A DNA stretch of 64,000 nt. Source: Antedon mediterranea. Taxonomy: Eukaryota; Animalia; Echinodermata. The position numbers and the translations under genes were made by a program. The notes beneath the pieces are model-generated. The model made no database searches and had not been told where the DNA came from. It saw nothing but the letters and a program-made list of their open reading frames with translations. Each line of letters opens with the position of its first letter. The stretch's first letter is position 1. Positions 35,801 to 48,761 of the stretch are shown here, piece after piece. The DNA lies in contig NC_092680.1 of assembly GCF_964355755.1 (NCBI RefSeq), positions 7,502,001-7,566,000 of the forward strand. The letters run 5' to 3'.

Positions 35801-36056
35801 TAGGCTCGCACGTCACACACAGCCTCAGACCTGGCTGATCCGCTGCTACACGTACTACAATAGGCCTAGGCTAGGCCTACTGAACTGTACTTATTATAGA
35901 TAGAGGCTAGGGCCTAGCTAGTAGTAGGCTAGGGGTAAGTAAGGCTATATAGGCTATAGCTGCCTGCTCTTCTTTTTAACTGCCTTCGTGCTGTGTACTT
36001 ACCTTTACTAGTATTTCTCCCACCTCTTCTGGTCTTCCATTACTGTCCATCATCAT
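20868..36056 (-). CDS. IQCH: IQ motif-containing protein H, complete, 22 coding exons
   Basis: Exons: 36003-36056, 35546-35677, 33644-33741, 33131-33193, 32382-32457, 31683-31802, 31171-31251, 30885-31062, 30128-30348, 29761-29969, 29077-29413 (IQ motif [15 protein letters not shown]), 28547-28697, 26992-27167, 26691-26832, 25017-25147, 24395-24583, 23897-24017, 23199-23473, 22860-23048, 22272-22397, 21438-21608, 20868-20966 (TAA). Recognisable IQCH motifs: [84 protein letters not shown]. Confidence 0.93.
25300..25760 (-). mobile_element. LINE 3'-tail fragment; related copy at ~31825-31955
   Basis: Both sites share TTTTATTCATTTCG.CAATA.ACAT.AAATAATAATTACAAAA..CAAGACACGA.GCCGAG..AGACAAAAGCATTAAACAAAA; AATAAA-like tail on the minus strand. 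Confidence 0.5.
25862..26685. mobile_element. Harbinger-like MITE inserted in an IQCH 5' splice site
   Basis: TIR GGGCCGGATTTATCAA versus GGTTGGCATTTATCAA; 3-bp TSD CAG (25859-25861 and 26686-26688); internal TTTATCAA/CTTAAG subrepeats. Confidence 0.8.
27195..27574. mobile_element. Foldback/MITE with ~65-bp TIRs
   Basis: TATAGAGTATCACGGTG..GGTTGCTAGC..ACCAAAAA is mirrored by TTTTTGGTT..GCTAGCAACC..CACCGTGATACTCTATA. Confidence 0.8.
27707..28337. mobile_element. TTAA-flanked Kolobok-like non-autonomous element nested in a Tigger-like MITE
   Basis: TTAA|AGACACCTTCATTAC ... GTAGGGAAAGTGTCT|TTAA; the flanks are two halves of the ATTAAGGGG / GGTGTCC..GGGGTT MITE. Confidence 0.7.
31381..31645 (-). 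mobile_element. SINE body fragment, same family as 52845-53113
   Basis: Shares CAGTGGCTGTG..TACACCGGGGTAACCCCCTAC..AAAGATGTACTAGGTTCTTTAAAC with the copy near 52900; (ATTG)n tail. Confidence 0.7.
34224..35532. mobile_element. Non-autonomous DNA transposon (Zator- or Harbinger-like) in IQCH intron 2
   Basis: TIR GGCC(T)A11-12TWGTTTGTTTGCTGTCA at both ends; TAA duplicated on both flanks (an AATA 4-bp TSD is an alternative reading). Confidence 0.75.
34553..35325. mobile_element. pogo/Tc1-mariner-like MITE nested in the previous element
   Basis: TA|CCGTATATTTCGGTGTATAA ... TTATACACCGAAGTACTG|TA; internal TGTATAAGACGCACC repeats. Confidence 0.75.
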
Positions 36057-36254
36057 TTTACATGTTTTTTAAAAAATCAACTGATCGTGTAGGTGGCGGC
36101 AACACTAGCTAGGCTCTCCTCCTCATCATCATCGACCGCACGACACACGTCACACCAGTGGGGCGAATTGACTTGGCAGCGGTGGTGGTGTGCATCGGGT
36201 TTCTGTGGGCAACCAGATATAGATGGCGCTGGTGGTACTACAGAGCTAGCCATA

Positions 36255-39200
36255 TATACAAGTTTGACACATAACGATCTGCGCCCACAGGAGAGAAAAA
36301 TGCGACTGATTCTGATATAACAGCCGAAGGTAGACTGTGAAATAACGTTTTGTTTATTGTTTGTTATTACACTTTTTTATGTGGGCTTTAATCTTAGCTT
36401 TGCATTATTGTTTGTTTAGCTTAAAAAAAACACGACCATCAAACATGTAAACTACTAACAGGCCCTAACTCAATTGTGCAATATTGGGCATTTTAAATTT
36501 ACGATTTGTAGCAACGAAAGTTATTGTTGTTTGGTGATTTTAAAATGATTTTGCCGTACCCTGTATTACCTAACTACACTCATTGTTAAATGTCCTCGAT
36601 AATAAAATAAATATTCCAATATTCAGTCTCTTGAGAGAATCTTTGATATACCATTTTACAGAATTGCCACCACCACAAAGTAAGCCAACTGAACAGACAT
36701 GTGATCAGGTTCTATCTTGTGACATTGAGATATTCGCTGCTTGCGTGAGATGTAACTGCCTTTTATGTTTTGAACATTTTGTTTTTGATAAGACATGTAC
36801 ACTTCACAATAATCCAAACACAGTATCAGATCACATTAGTAAAACAAACGACGACGAAATAACAGATATGGATGTAACACTTGAATGTTATGAATCGTTG
36901 GGCCAGTCAACACACATTCCAGAAGAATACCGTGTAGATGGCACAACAAATGATGAAATAGGTGAAGTTGAAATGAACACATCTGCCCCAATCCCATCAC
37001 CACAGAAGACAACGTTGGCCAAGAATAAATCAGTTAAAGAACAAAGACATTCTGGAGAGGCCTATTTTTCAGAAAAATCAAACAAACAAATTGAAGCCCG
37101 TAAGTTCATACGACGACCAAGATGTAATTCTATTTACTGCCGACAGCGTGAACTTTCATGCATTTTATTTGCAGAAAAAGATATGGACGATATAAGAGAG
37201 AGTTATTATAACATGGGGAATTTGCAAAGGCAAAGAGAATGGCTTGCCAAATATGTAATCACTGGAAAAGGTTAAATCAAAGCATGACTATGGGAGAAAG
37301 AAAGTTACCCGGAGGTACAACTTGCCCGACGCGTCAGGGGATCAACATCCTGTTTGTCGCGTTATGTTTTTGAATACAATTGGTATTTCAGAGAGACAGG
37401 TACGTACGATGATCCAGAAGAGACAGACACATGGTGTAGTTGGCAAAGAAAATCGAGGAGGTCGTCAGCAGTCTTTAAGAGACCAAAAAGTGCGTGAAAG
37501 TGCACGTGAGCATATTAACCGATTCCCTAAAGTAGAGTCTCACTATTGCCGACAAAATTCCAAGTGCCAGTACTTATCATCAGATCTGACGATCAACAAA
37601 ATGTTTAGTCTGTTTCAGAAAGAGAGTCCGGATGTTGATATTTCCTTATCAACATATTCACGGGTATTAAAACGTATGAATCTGAAATTCCATCGTCCGA
37701 AGAAAGACATGTGTGGGCTCTGTGAAACCTTTCACAGTGGATCATCTACAAAACGACAAGAAATTCAAGAAGCTTTCAATAAACACAATGCCGAAAAAGA
37801 AAAGGTGCGTCAACTTAAGGCAGAGATAAAGAAGAAGGCGATATCAGAACCCAAGTTTGACGCTGCCGTATTTGACTTGCAGCAGGTCATATACTTGCCT
37901 CTCGCTCAAATAGATGCGAAATCTTCTATAGACGACGACTGACTTGTTACAACTTCACAATTTACCAGTTGTCAGACCGAGAAGGTCATTGCTTTTTATC
38001 TCATGAGGGGATAACAAAACGAGGATCAAATGAAATTTCGACATATGTCAGTCAGTATTTAGAAATGTTGGATTCTCAATATAAAGAATCGGTTGCTCTT
38101 TTTTGTGACGGCTGTCCTGGACAAAATAAGAACACGATAATGGCGGCAATGCTTCTCGCATTTGTTCGAAATTCCAAAAATATTAAATCAATAACAACAC
38201 ACTATTTTGAAACCAATCATGGAGTGAAGGGGATGCTATGCACAGCTCAATTGAACGTGCACTGTCAAGAGTAGGGGAGTTATTTATACCGACACAACTG
38301 TCCTTAGTTCTAGTTATGGCCCGAACAAACCCACGGCCATACAACGTTAGAAATGTTTCTATGGACGACATTTTAGACTGGAAACAGGTGTCTCAGGATA
38401 TGAAAGTGCTGCGTGTCCGAGAGACAGAGGATGGCCATCCGGTTGACTGGACAAAAGTCATGTAGCTTACGGGTTACAATGGAGAGGCCAGAGTTTATTG
38501 ATGTGAAATTTTCTCATCTCGAGGCCACTTTTCATTCGTTAAAACTGGTCAGTAGCAGAACCCCACAAATAGGTGTTACACATCGAGCATACACAACGGA
38601 GGAACCAAAGCTGTCAGCCGAAAAATACAACGACCTGCTGAACCTATGTGCAGGTACCACCCCCGTCATTAGAAATATTGAAGATCAATTTTTTTACAAC
38701 AATGTTAAAGCACCGTTAACTAAGCTATCTGTGGCATAACGTGCTTACGTTCCAAAACCCTTAAAAAAGGTTATATAAAACATTGCCTTTATAAATAATA
38801 AAAGTTTAAATTTAAAAAAAAAGTAATGTAACCCACGATTAACGCTAGAGAATATAAGCAACAAATAACCCTGAGAAATAAAACAGCTACAACAAAGGAG
38901 TAAGTAAAGCATTAACAAAAATAATAAATAAATAAAATAAAAGAAATTAAATTTAGAATAAATGGTATGTAGGCCTATTTATTAAAATTAATTTAATTAA
39001 ATTTAGAATAACTGTTCTGTATTTATAAATAATTAAGTGTCATAGGCATAAATAATAATCCTCATGAAACAGAGAAAAAAGTGTTTCCGTTTAATTAATT
39101 ACTGACCACTACGAGAGAGAGATTACATTAATGTAGCCTATAGTTTCTTTATAAGTTTATAATAATATTGTTAAGTGTTTAATGTATGCCCTTAGAGCTA

Positions 39201-39911
39201 CAGTAGTAGTATAAAATGTTTTCTATTTATTGTTCAAGGTTATTGTTGAATTGTTCAATTTTGGTTAATACGTTTTTAAAGTTAAAATGTTCACTAATAT
39301 CCTATAATTTAGCATCAAATTATATAAATGTCTATATAGTAGACCTAATTGATGATTACAATTCTGTACATATAAAAATTAATAATGTGATTATAGGTTT
39401 GTAATTTGTAATAGGCCTACAATATATGGCAACTGTGTTTTAATGGCTTTTGAACCTTAAGGAAATAAATAACTTATTCCTCACAATTTTGTATTCATTG
39501 CAGAATGTACACATCGTACTACCAAATATATCAATAGTAAAACTTCAAATCACAGTATATAAAGCACTATATTTATCGCGGCGAATATGCGCAATTAGAG
39601 AAAAGCGCGCGTAATTATGTTCGTAACACGAACTGACGAATGTCTGGCGAATCCATACGTTGATGACAAAAATCTTCACACGAACTGACGAATAGGTTAA
39701 ATATTCAATTACTCGCTAATTAGTAATTATTTTCAATAACATTTCTTTTTAATGCAAACATACACTTATTCTTCGAATGATGAGCCAAAAAAAATCCGAT
39801 ATTAAGTCTTTTGTTTTTGATATACTAATGTTTAAAAATTGATATTTTTTCAATCGCGTTTTTCTCGAAAGTGCGATATTGTATATTCGCCGGTTCGTGT
39901 GACGAGTGACG
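36255..39911 (+). mobile_element. Sola1-like DNA transposon, decayed; boundaries approximate
   Basis: Right end ..GTTCGTGTGACGAGTGACG|AAAT (AWWT flank). Left GAGAAAAATGCGACTGA (~36292) is mirrored by TCAATCGCGTTTTTCTC (~39850). Encloses transposase remnants. Confidence 0.55.
36662..38739 (+). pseudogene. Disrupted DDD transposase (Sola1-like)
   Basis: Five consecutive ORF pieces with VCRVMFLNTIGIS, ESHYCR, FHRPKKDMCGLC, FDLQQVIYLP, RGSNEI, FCDGCPGQNKN and MHSSIE; broken by frameshifts and stops. Confidence 0.82.
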
Positions 39912-39999
39912 AAATGCAGAACCACGCTATAAACTGATTCCCAGTTTTGCTAATTTTCGAAACTTCCTACCTTGGCAATGACCCTGATAGTCATTGGGT

Positions 40000-40537
40000 T
40001 AAGAGATTTAAAGAGTTGATGCATGACACAAACATTGCATTTTGGAAAAGTGAAATGCTAAGAAAATCGTCACTGCAGACATACTCTCTTATTAACTAAT
40101 CCGTGCCTTGAAAAATATTTATTGGATTGTACAGACTTTCTAGGATCTAGCCTCAAATTCAAACTACGTTCTAACACCCTTCCTTTAGGTCACAGGAGTT
40201 GTAAGTGGCTTCCTGAATATGATGGTAACTGTAAAATGTGTAAGAATGGTTTAGAAGACATTCAACATTTTCTTTCACATGTAACCAACTCAATGGCATA
40301 AGGATTGAAGAATATACCAAATTAGAATATATGTTAATCGATATCAATCATTTAGATGTACGGGAAAATGTTATCTCTGGTGACCTGAACACCAAATTAA
40401 ATCTTGTATTAGGTGGAACTGATAACTACTATCATTATGTGTATGACGTCGAATCCATATCAAATGTCTTTGATTGTTACTGTAAGCACTATGTTAAAAG
40501 AGCATGGGCACACAGATGTAATGTTCTAGGCGAGTAA
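40000..40537 (+). mobile_element. Non-LTR retrotransposon ORF2 C-terminal fragment with a CCHC zinc knuckle
   Basis: LKFKLRSNTLPLG..CKMCKNGLEDIQHFL/HC..IR motif, frameshifted. Confidence 0.65.
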
Positions 40538-42100
40538 TGTTCATATCAATCAAACTAAATGATTGATATCTATCTCATTATAGTGTTAGGTCTACATTGT
40601 TGTTGCCCAATTCATTTTATATTGTACAGTTCCTACCTATTCTATTATTGTTTATTTCTTGTAATTTAGTATTTTTAGGTGTCAGTGGGTTTCCTGCTGC
40701 TGTAGTATTAATTTTCAATGGTATTGTAGTTACTGTAGTTGAATTGTTTTGACATTTTGACCTACGTCGACTTTTTATTGTAATTGTTATTTTCTATATC
40801 ATGTTGTTTTTTTTTGTACATTTCTTTTGGATGCACCTTCCATTTGGTCGAGTGCCACTGTTGTAAAAGTGTAATCTCCAAATAAATTATTATTATTATA
40901 ATACTTATGATTGGTGTGGTGTGTGGTGGCAGGTGGTGTTGAGCAGCTTGCCACGACACGTACTTGTTCCGGTTCCGTTTCCATTTCCTATTTGAATAAA
41001 ACGCTCCGCTTTGAATAAACCCCCCGATAAACCCACTCGAATAAACTCCTCCTTCCCAGCATAGAACATTGTTTGGAAAATTCAAAACACAAGACAACTA
41101 TACAAATGCATAATTAGTATTCTATATTTGTTTAATTGTATTGAGCACACATGAACCAATTACTATTATAAACAATGTTTTAAAAAATCAGCTTGAAACA
41201 CCAGTTTAATTAAACATATTAGGCCTACATGTAGGCCTAGACTCAATCAATGAAACATGGCCTGTATTGCGTTTAATATATCATATCTTCCTAGAAATCA
41301 TTCTTATACAGTATAAATAAATAATTACATTTATTTATTATTCATTCACCCGCAATGTTTAAAATAAATGAATGAAAGGAGCAATCGTACGTGATACAAC
41401 CAGCGCATCATTTCTTACGACATCAACATGACGTAACGTAATATATACGTAATTACAAATGAGTCTCTTCCAAAAAAAATGGATACGTGAATTCGATAAA
41501 ATAACAACGATATACCGGTATCGTACGTTACTTAATATTGCACTTCTCTTTCGTTATTTCAATCTTATTTTATGAATCTTATATATCACCATACCTTATA
41601 CACAAACGTTTATAGGATAAGGGAATATTTTATATAACATTATTTTCATTACAGTCCAACAGTATGTTAGATGAGTTTTTTAATAAAAATGTAAAATAAT
41701 CTTAGTCCCTTTTTTCAAACAATTTATACAATCTGCCAAGTCAGTCAGTCAGTCAGTCGGTAGGACACTTCAGGAGGACGTAAGCATTTCTTCATGTTTT
41801 AACTGGGTAAGATAGTAGGCCTACCAATTAGTACAAGACATTATACTATAATAACTTCCATCAACGTAACTATTCAACATCAAAGTGTGGCATTCGTACA
41901 CTTCTATACCATGTTTAAAAAAATATTTTATCGTAGCTTTTTGGGCTATCCCCCTGGAAATCTCTTATAGATGTATTTTCTGTAAAGCTCTGATGTGATG
42001 TGCTCATATATATGTGTCATATCACTACCATATTTGGGCATATCACACCTTTTTTATCAAACTATTTTGATTAAATACTTAATAAATAAATAAATGATGA

Positions 42101-45100
42101 TTAATCATCAATTGGCATTGTACAAAGTTTGCACTTGATCGTAACCGATTGTCCGGGCTTTTTAAATACTTTTTCCCAACTTTCAACGTGTTCATTCGTT
42201 GTCATGCCAACACCAAGGCGAACATGACCAATATTCGAATCTTGAAGAATATAATCCTTGTCACGAACAAGCAGTAACACAGTAACATCTTCGGCAGTAG
42301 TGGTACTTGCTAATGGGATTGAGAATGCTTCTTTAAATACAGGGTTTAATTTTGCTCGACGAACGGTCGTCTGGTGTTTGTGTACATTCAGCTCTTCGCC
42401 TTTCGACTCGGTAACTTCAATGTTTACATACGGATCTGAAAAAAAAAGAAATCCTCATAAGGCTTGATAAACTATAGTTTTACGTTGGATCTCAACACGT
42501 TATACTATAATATAATGATTTTTAACGGGAGTAGAAAATGTATTTAGTGTATTTAATGAATGAATGAATTTAAAACCAAAAGTATAATGGCGTAGTTTAT
42601 CCTTAATTTAATTCTTTCATTGCCAATCGTACATTTATGACATTTTCAATTATGACAAAGGAGAAAAAGTATTAGGCCATAATAGAGATACAATGATGAA
42701 TTTAAAACCAAAAGTATAATGGAGAAAATTATTTGATTGCCAATCGACAAGATATGACATTTTCATATACTATGAAAGACAAAGTATAGTAGGCCCTAAT
42801 AGACAGAGACACAATAATGTATTAATCATGGGCCTATAAATTAGGTTCATGTTTTAATTGAGAAAGTTAGCATAAGATCAGTTGATCATTAGGCCTATTA
42901 TGAATACTAATAAACACAAGCTTGTTTAACCTTTCCCCTGAACAATCAAAGCAGGCTTTAATATAGTAATATTAATTATGTGTCCGGGTGATTAAGGTAA
43001 TAATGTGTGACCTATTAAAATGGTAAACAGTCTGTCGTCGGGAAAAATTTTAACATGTTTTATTTTCTCCCGACGAGACGACTTGTCGTACGACGCTGTC
43101 TGAGTTGGCATTTAGACAACTGGTTTTAGGTATTTTTTATTTAAACTTATTTATAGAGATGGCCCCAGCATTGCTGATAATCAATGGGTTAAAATTGAAC
43201 GGAACTATTTTGGGAAAAACCATGGACCTATCTAATTTATAGGTCCATGGTAAAACAAAAGGCCTAAACCTACCACAATTGTAAGATCCTGTACGGTAAT
43301 AGTTCTTTTAACAATACACATTTTATTTTTTCCTCTCGCGTCGGAAATTCAGATTTAGATCAATTTCTACATTACTACGTCCTTTACCTCCAATCAATAT
43401 CTATATGGTCAAACGTGTTTCTATAATAATTTTGTTATAAAAAGAATCTTTTCTGATTCAGTCTTTCACTGATACGTAACTAAGCGCTTATTCTTTTGTC
43501 AATGCACACATACTAATCTTATTGCAATTAAATTTAATTGTATTTCGATCTATTTTACTGTTGAATGTATTTTAAGTACTGAAGTAATGTCCTTAACTAA
43601 AGACAATCAATCTGCTTTGTTCAAGAATAAACATTTCGTGCAATAGATTAGACACAGGAAAAGCAAAATATATCCTGTTGTTGGGTAGTCATTAGCAGGC
43701 CTAGTTGTTTTATCATAAGCCACACTACGTTTTTGTACTTTCGCAGTGTTTCAATGGATACTACTTAGCAACGAACAATCGTAACTTATATTTTTCAATC
43801 GGGTGACGTAGACGTTAACAAAACAGAGCTCCGACACCTCTCATTAAGAAAATTAAATCATTGTGACGTATTCACAGCGACGTCGGGGAATAATTGTAAT
43901 AATTACGATGTTGGCTCCGAAGACGTATTGTTTACTTATTTTGTAACAATCTCAGTAATCACAAGCAATTACATGAAACCTGGCAAGTTACGTAATAGTA
44001 CAAAAACAGAATGCATACAAGTACCAAAGTAATCTAATAACGTCGTGAAGTTCAACTAATCCCGAACACGCCACGCGTGGTGAAATGGAATGGAAATAGG
44101 CCTAATGTTTGTGTAAAGAAATGTGTTTCGTTTTTATAACGACATTTGTTAACGTTAGTTATATCGGAGCAAGAGGCTGAGTAAATGTGCGACGATTATT
44201 ACAGTGCGACAGTACAAACGTTGAGAAAATTTACCTGGCGAGCCTCCAATAGGACACCTGGCCAAGCCTTCTGCTTTGACAATAGTAATCATCAGGTTGT
44301 TTCGGTTAAGGCACAGTGAAGCTGTCAATGTGCTATTGTTCTCCTGTGTAATAATAAGAATTAGAACACATTATTAATATTTCGGAATACTTTGTAATTG
44401 TAAAGGTAAAATGAAAATTAGTTCTTTGGGATGGATACCCAATACCCAACACTGCCAATTCAATGTCTCAACATTTTTTTATTCTTATTGAAGGAGAAAC
44501 TTGGTTCACTAATGTCCCAAAATATCATCAGAATATAAAAATAAACATATACAAAAATATTGAATAAATTAATTTTAGCTCTTGTACAAATGCATTAATC
44601 AACGCATCTATTTTGGTTTGAATCGTGTGGACAGAGCGTTCAACTCAACTCGTATAACTCAATTTATGAACAATTTAATTAAAATTATCACGTAGTATTG
44701 GTTTATGTGTCTCTTTTCCCTTTCACTTAAATATTATTACCGAATATTTGACGACAAATTTATTACTGTAGATCAATGACCACAATTATTACTAATTTAT
44801 CGACATATTCAGTCTTAAAAAAAAAATTAATTATGAAGTACCCCTGCAATTTCTTGTCTGCTATAACCTTTTCTACTTTATGGGTAACTGTTTATGCCTT
44901 TCTGACAAATACAGTATTGCATGCCTCTTGTCAACGTTTTTCTGCGCGCCAGCTGTCTGGCTGAATGGTTCCAGTCGCTAGCTAACTAATTTTCAGACTT
45001 ACTTTATGATTCAGTATAAACAATAAATAAAAAAGAGATGCAAACTATTTTAGATATATTATTTAGACAGTTAATTAGAATCGATGGCGGTTAGTTAGTA

Positions 45101-46392
45101 TAGGTCTGAATGTGGCATGCAAAGTGTACGTAGCATCGAATGAATGGCGAAATAAAGCATTGGAACTTACTTACCGTATATTGGAGACATGGTTTCACGT
45201 TTGCTTTAATTTCATGAATACTTTCATCGATAAGGAAATTTAGTGGCTGGATGATATCACCAATATGTTCAGCGCGTCTCAGATTCGACTTCTTTGACAA
45301 AACTTTGATCCTAAGATTCAAATGCATCAGCTGTAAAGGTTTTATGTTGGTATACGAAAAGTTTTGATTAAATTGAGGATCACGAGTGCCTTTCATGTTA
45401 ATTGTTTTGTATTTCGGGTGGTTTTTCTCAGGAGTTAGACTTAGTTTTAGTATTGGATTTATCGGACCTGTATACACACTTCCGCCTAAATTTTCTGCGC
45501 GTATTACTTCGACGTCAAGGTAATCACGTTGGCGAATGTACTGAAGTTTTAAATGAACTTCACCTAAATCTCTTACAACACTTCTTCTCCTCATACAATG
45601 TAGGTGTAACATATCTGGTTGCAGCGCACGTAATGAACGGCTACGTTTTTTTTGGTATTTAATGTCTCCAAGCAGAGGCATAGACGCTCTCCTGTTTACA
45701 GAAGACGACGTCTGCATTGCGTTCGGGTTGACATGCATCATGGTAGACGCTCTGATTAAGGTCGGTGTCGACGGAAAAGACATCGGTCTGTTTTGAACCG
45801 GATTTGAGTTGCCTAAATGTCCGTGACTTTGACTGGATGATAAGCCAAATCCCGCTTTGGAAATACAATTTTTATGAACCAAAGGTGAACTGGCAGGGGA
45901 TAATGAACCTCTGGAAGACGGAGAAGTACTTGACCAATCATACATACCGTCCAAAGATCCTGCAATAAATGTGTCGTAGTCTATTTGTTGAACAGTTAGA
46001 TTTTGCTCAGTTGCTTGATATTTGTTCTTTTTGCGGTAAAGTGATTCTTTTCTTGAAGTTTTTGGACTCTCTGCTAAAAAGGAAAATCCGTATGGTGTTC
46101 TCTTCATCCGAAGGTGTGGTAAGGACGGCCTGTCGTTGGTATTAAAACTTGCACAATCCGAAATGGCATCGTCAGATGTAATCTCGCTAGTAGGCCTAGT
46201 TACTAACCGAGTTGGCCGATTGCGAGGTATTACAAATTTCGGTACTGTATCAGGTGTAATGATTATTCTAGATAGTGGATTCATTTCAGCTCTCTTTGGT
46301 ACTCGATTGTGAGTATGCTGTAAAGGACAGTCTTGCGATATTTGTTTAGTGATATTAGTTTGGTGATGATTAAAGTTTGTACACGCTGTCAT
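42101..46392 (-). CDS. C2CD4-like protein with two C2 domains, 3 coding exons
   Basis: Exons 45175-46392, 44235-44343, 42101-42435 (TAA). N-terminal IITPDTVPKFVIP and PHL..TPYGF..LAESP.T.RKESL motifs match the C2CD4 family. C2A: LGEVHLKLQY..DPQFNQNF; C2B: DPYVNI..LNPVFKEAF..IGHVRLG..W. Confidence 0.82.
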
Positions 46393-46999
46393 CCTGAACC
46401 AATGTTGTTATTATTCAGTTTTGTCAAGTTACTTTACAAAATACAATATACCTCTCAGCGTATAAGGAATCAAGATATATACTATCTTTCCATGCTGTGA
46501 TCGAGCACTTCGATGAAACACATTCGCGTTACTCACTGACACAAGTAAACACGGATTGATCATCTTATAGGCCGTGTAGACATGCGCAGTGCTAACAGAT
46601 TAGCAATACATAATTGAAACGGAATATTGTAATAGTATACGGTGTACTTCTAGAAATAGAATAATAATCACTGCAAATGAGATTTGATCATAGTGACCGC
46701 GATGATTGAATTTTACCCACCAAATACGGAGGTAAGTATAACGACATATAATGACGAATATACGATGTAAATAGATACTATATTAAAAGTACATTTTGGT
46801 GAATTAAATAAGCGATACGAATCACTATAGGTTTTGAGGCTATACGACCGCGGTCTTTCTTCCGACAGATTTTATAAATGATAATTTAATTATCATTATA
46901 TACCGGTACACTGGATTGTACGGTCACATTATTAGTTTGGTCATCGGTCGTTGGAAATCGAAATCTCCCTAAATTCGTCGTTAGATTGTCACTCAGAGG

Positions 47000-47154
47000 C
47001 AGTAGCGTGGTAACCCACAGAGTAAAGGTCCCTGGTTTAGCACTCCTAAGGGGCACTCCGAAACTGGGTAGTTGCATTGGGCTGCTCATTCTGGGGCCCT
47101 TTGAGCTCTGGGCCCCTGGGTTTAGCCAGAGCGCTTATAGCCGTTACGATACTG
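47000..47154. mobile_element. hAT-like MITE, inverted relative of 61834-62013
   Basis: CTGGGTAGTTGCATTG, GGGGCCC and CCCTGGTTTAGC are shared in reverse complement; degenerate CAGT.GCGT / ACG..ACTG ends. Confidence 0.6.
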
Positions 47155-48577
47155 TCTAGAGGGTGTGGGAGCGAAGCGAGCGTTCCCTATGGTATTGGTA
47201 AATTCTTGTCTTACCGTACTTTATCTGCTACTTTATAAAGTACTGCATTTTAATAATAATAACAATTATAAACAAAATTTTATATAATATCATTAAGTTT
47301 CATTTATTCTTTGACGTTCGAAAGAGTATTAATAATTTAAAACTATAGCTATCAACGTAAATATACAACTATTGTTTTCATCAAACCTTACTGTGTTTTT
47401 ATACTTATATATTATCAAATAAATGAAAACAGAAAATAACCCCCCAAAAATGTCCATCATTTACACTTACTATTTTATTACCGCTATACACGTATCATTA
47501 AATGATATTTATTCTTGCTTTACGTATATCTAATTTACATTAATAGACGATAAACAATTAGTTAATTAATATAAAATAAAATATTTTTGTTACTACTTCT
47601 TAATTGCTGTACGTTGGTACAACGTTTAATGCTGGTAATTTAAGTCAATAGTACATTATTCATATTAGCCTCGGTCTCATCCAAATACAATAAACGTGAT
47701 TGACCTTATATTTATCTAAATACAAATATCATAATTATTACAAATAATGTTTAATGATATTATTTAGGCCGGGAGGACGGCGGATTTAGTTTTATTCATT
47801 CGCTAATCATGATGCGTCTAAAACCAATACGTATTTTCCGAGTACAATAATTCTGCAAAGTTGAATTGCTTATTTTCAGTTGAACTATCAACTTCTAAAA
47901 CACACTAAATGACGGTATGTTATTGCTATTAAAAATTAAATATTTATTTGTAACGACATATAACATTAACATATGGAAAATACAACATGCTTCCTCACCA
48001 GTTCCTTCTTTTTTACACTAAATTTCACGTTTTGGTAAATTTCTAGCCTATAAGGTATTTAACACAGCACAGTAAATCAATAACACTGATTTGATCTCAA
48101 CATAAAAAAAATAAAAACATTTCTTCCGGTGAGAAATGACGTCATAAGTTACGTAGGTGGGAGTACTAGATCGACCTACACACACATTACAACATCTTAA
48201 TTAATGTTATGCTTATATAAAAATGAAAATATGTATGATTATTTATAGGAATAAAACTGCATAGACTACAATAACATAAACAATAAACGAATCCATTTTT
48301 TTTTATTAATTATAGGCTTATCATGCTTATTTTTGTATTTTCTTAATTGGTGAATAAACCTTTATGCATTAAAATAAAATTGATTACGTGGAATGGAAAT
48401 AAGTTGAATGTAAAGGATATTAAAAGTACTGATAAGAGATAATATGAATAAGAATGAAAAAAAAAAGATAATTACATGGCACCTCACAATGGATAACATT
48501 TAGCAATCCTGGGTTGCTAGGTCAGTATAGCGTGCATGCATCAATATACTAGTATGAACATGCGTGTATAAAATAAC

Positions 48578-48761
48578 GGCCAATTTACACAGACGAGCAG
48601 TAACGGTAAGCGGAAAACCGCGTAGCTTGTCCCACGTAGAATCTGTATCTATCCTAAGTAGAAACCGTCCGTCCTCACCGCGATGGTGTAAATGGTCATA
48701 AGCAATAACTTAGATTCGATGTTTTTTTATTACCGTTACCGCTTGTCTGTGTAAATTGGCC
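48578..48761. mobile_element. MITE with ~35-bp TIR
   Basis: GGCCAATTTACACAGACGAGCAGTAACGGTAA ... TTACCGTTACCGCTTGTCTGTGTAAATTGGCC. Confidence 0.75.

Noticed and set aside
36583-38739. Operon-like cluster of five small genes or a programmed-frameshift system
   Set aside because: The pieces are collinear parts of one transposase broken by indels and an in-frame stop; no slippery sites were recognised.
42565-42815. Local tandem duplications (also ~55720-55945)
   Set aside because: Diverged ~120-130 bp intronic duplicates with no sign of function.
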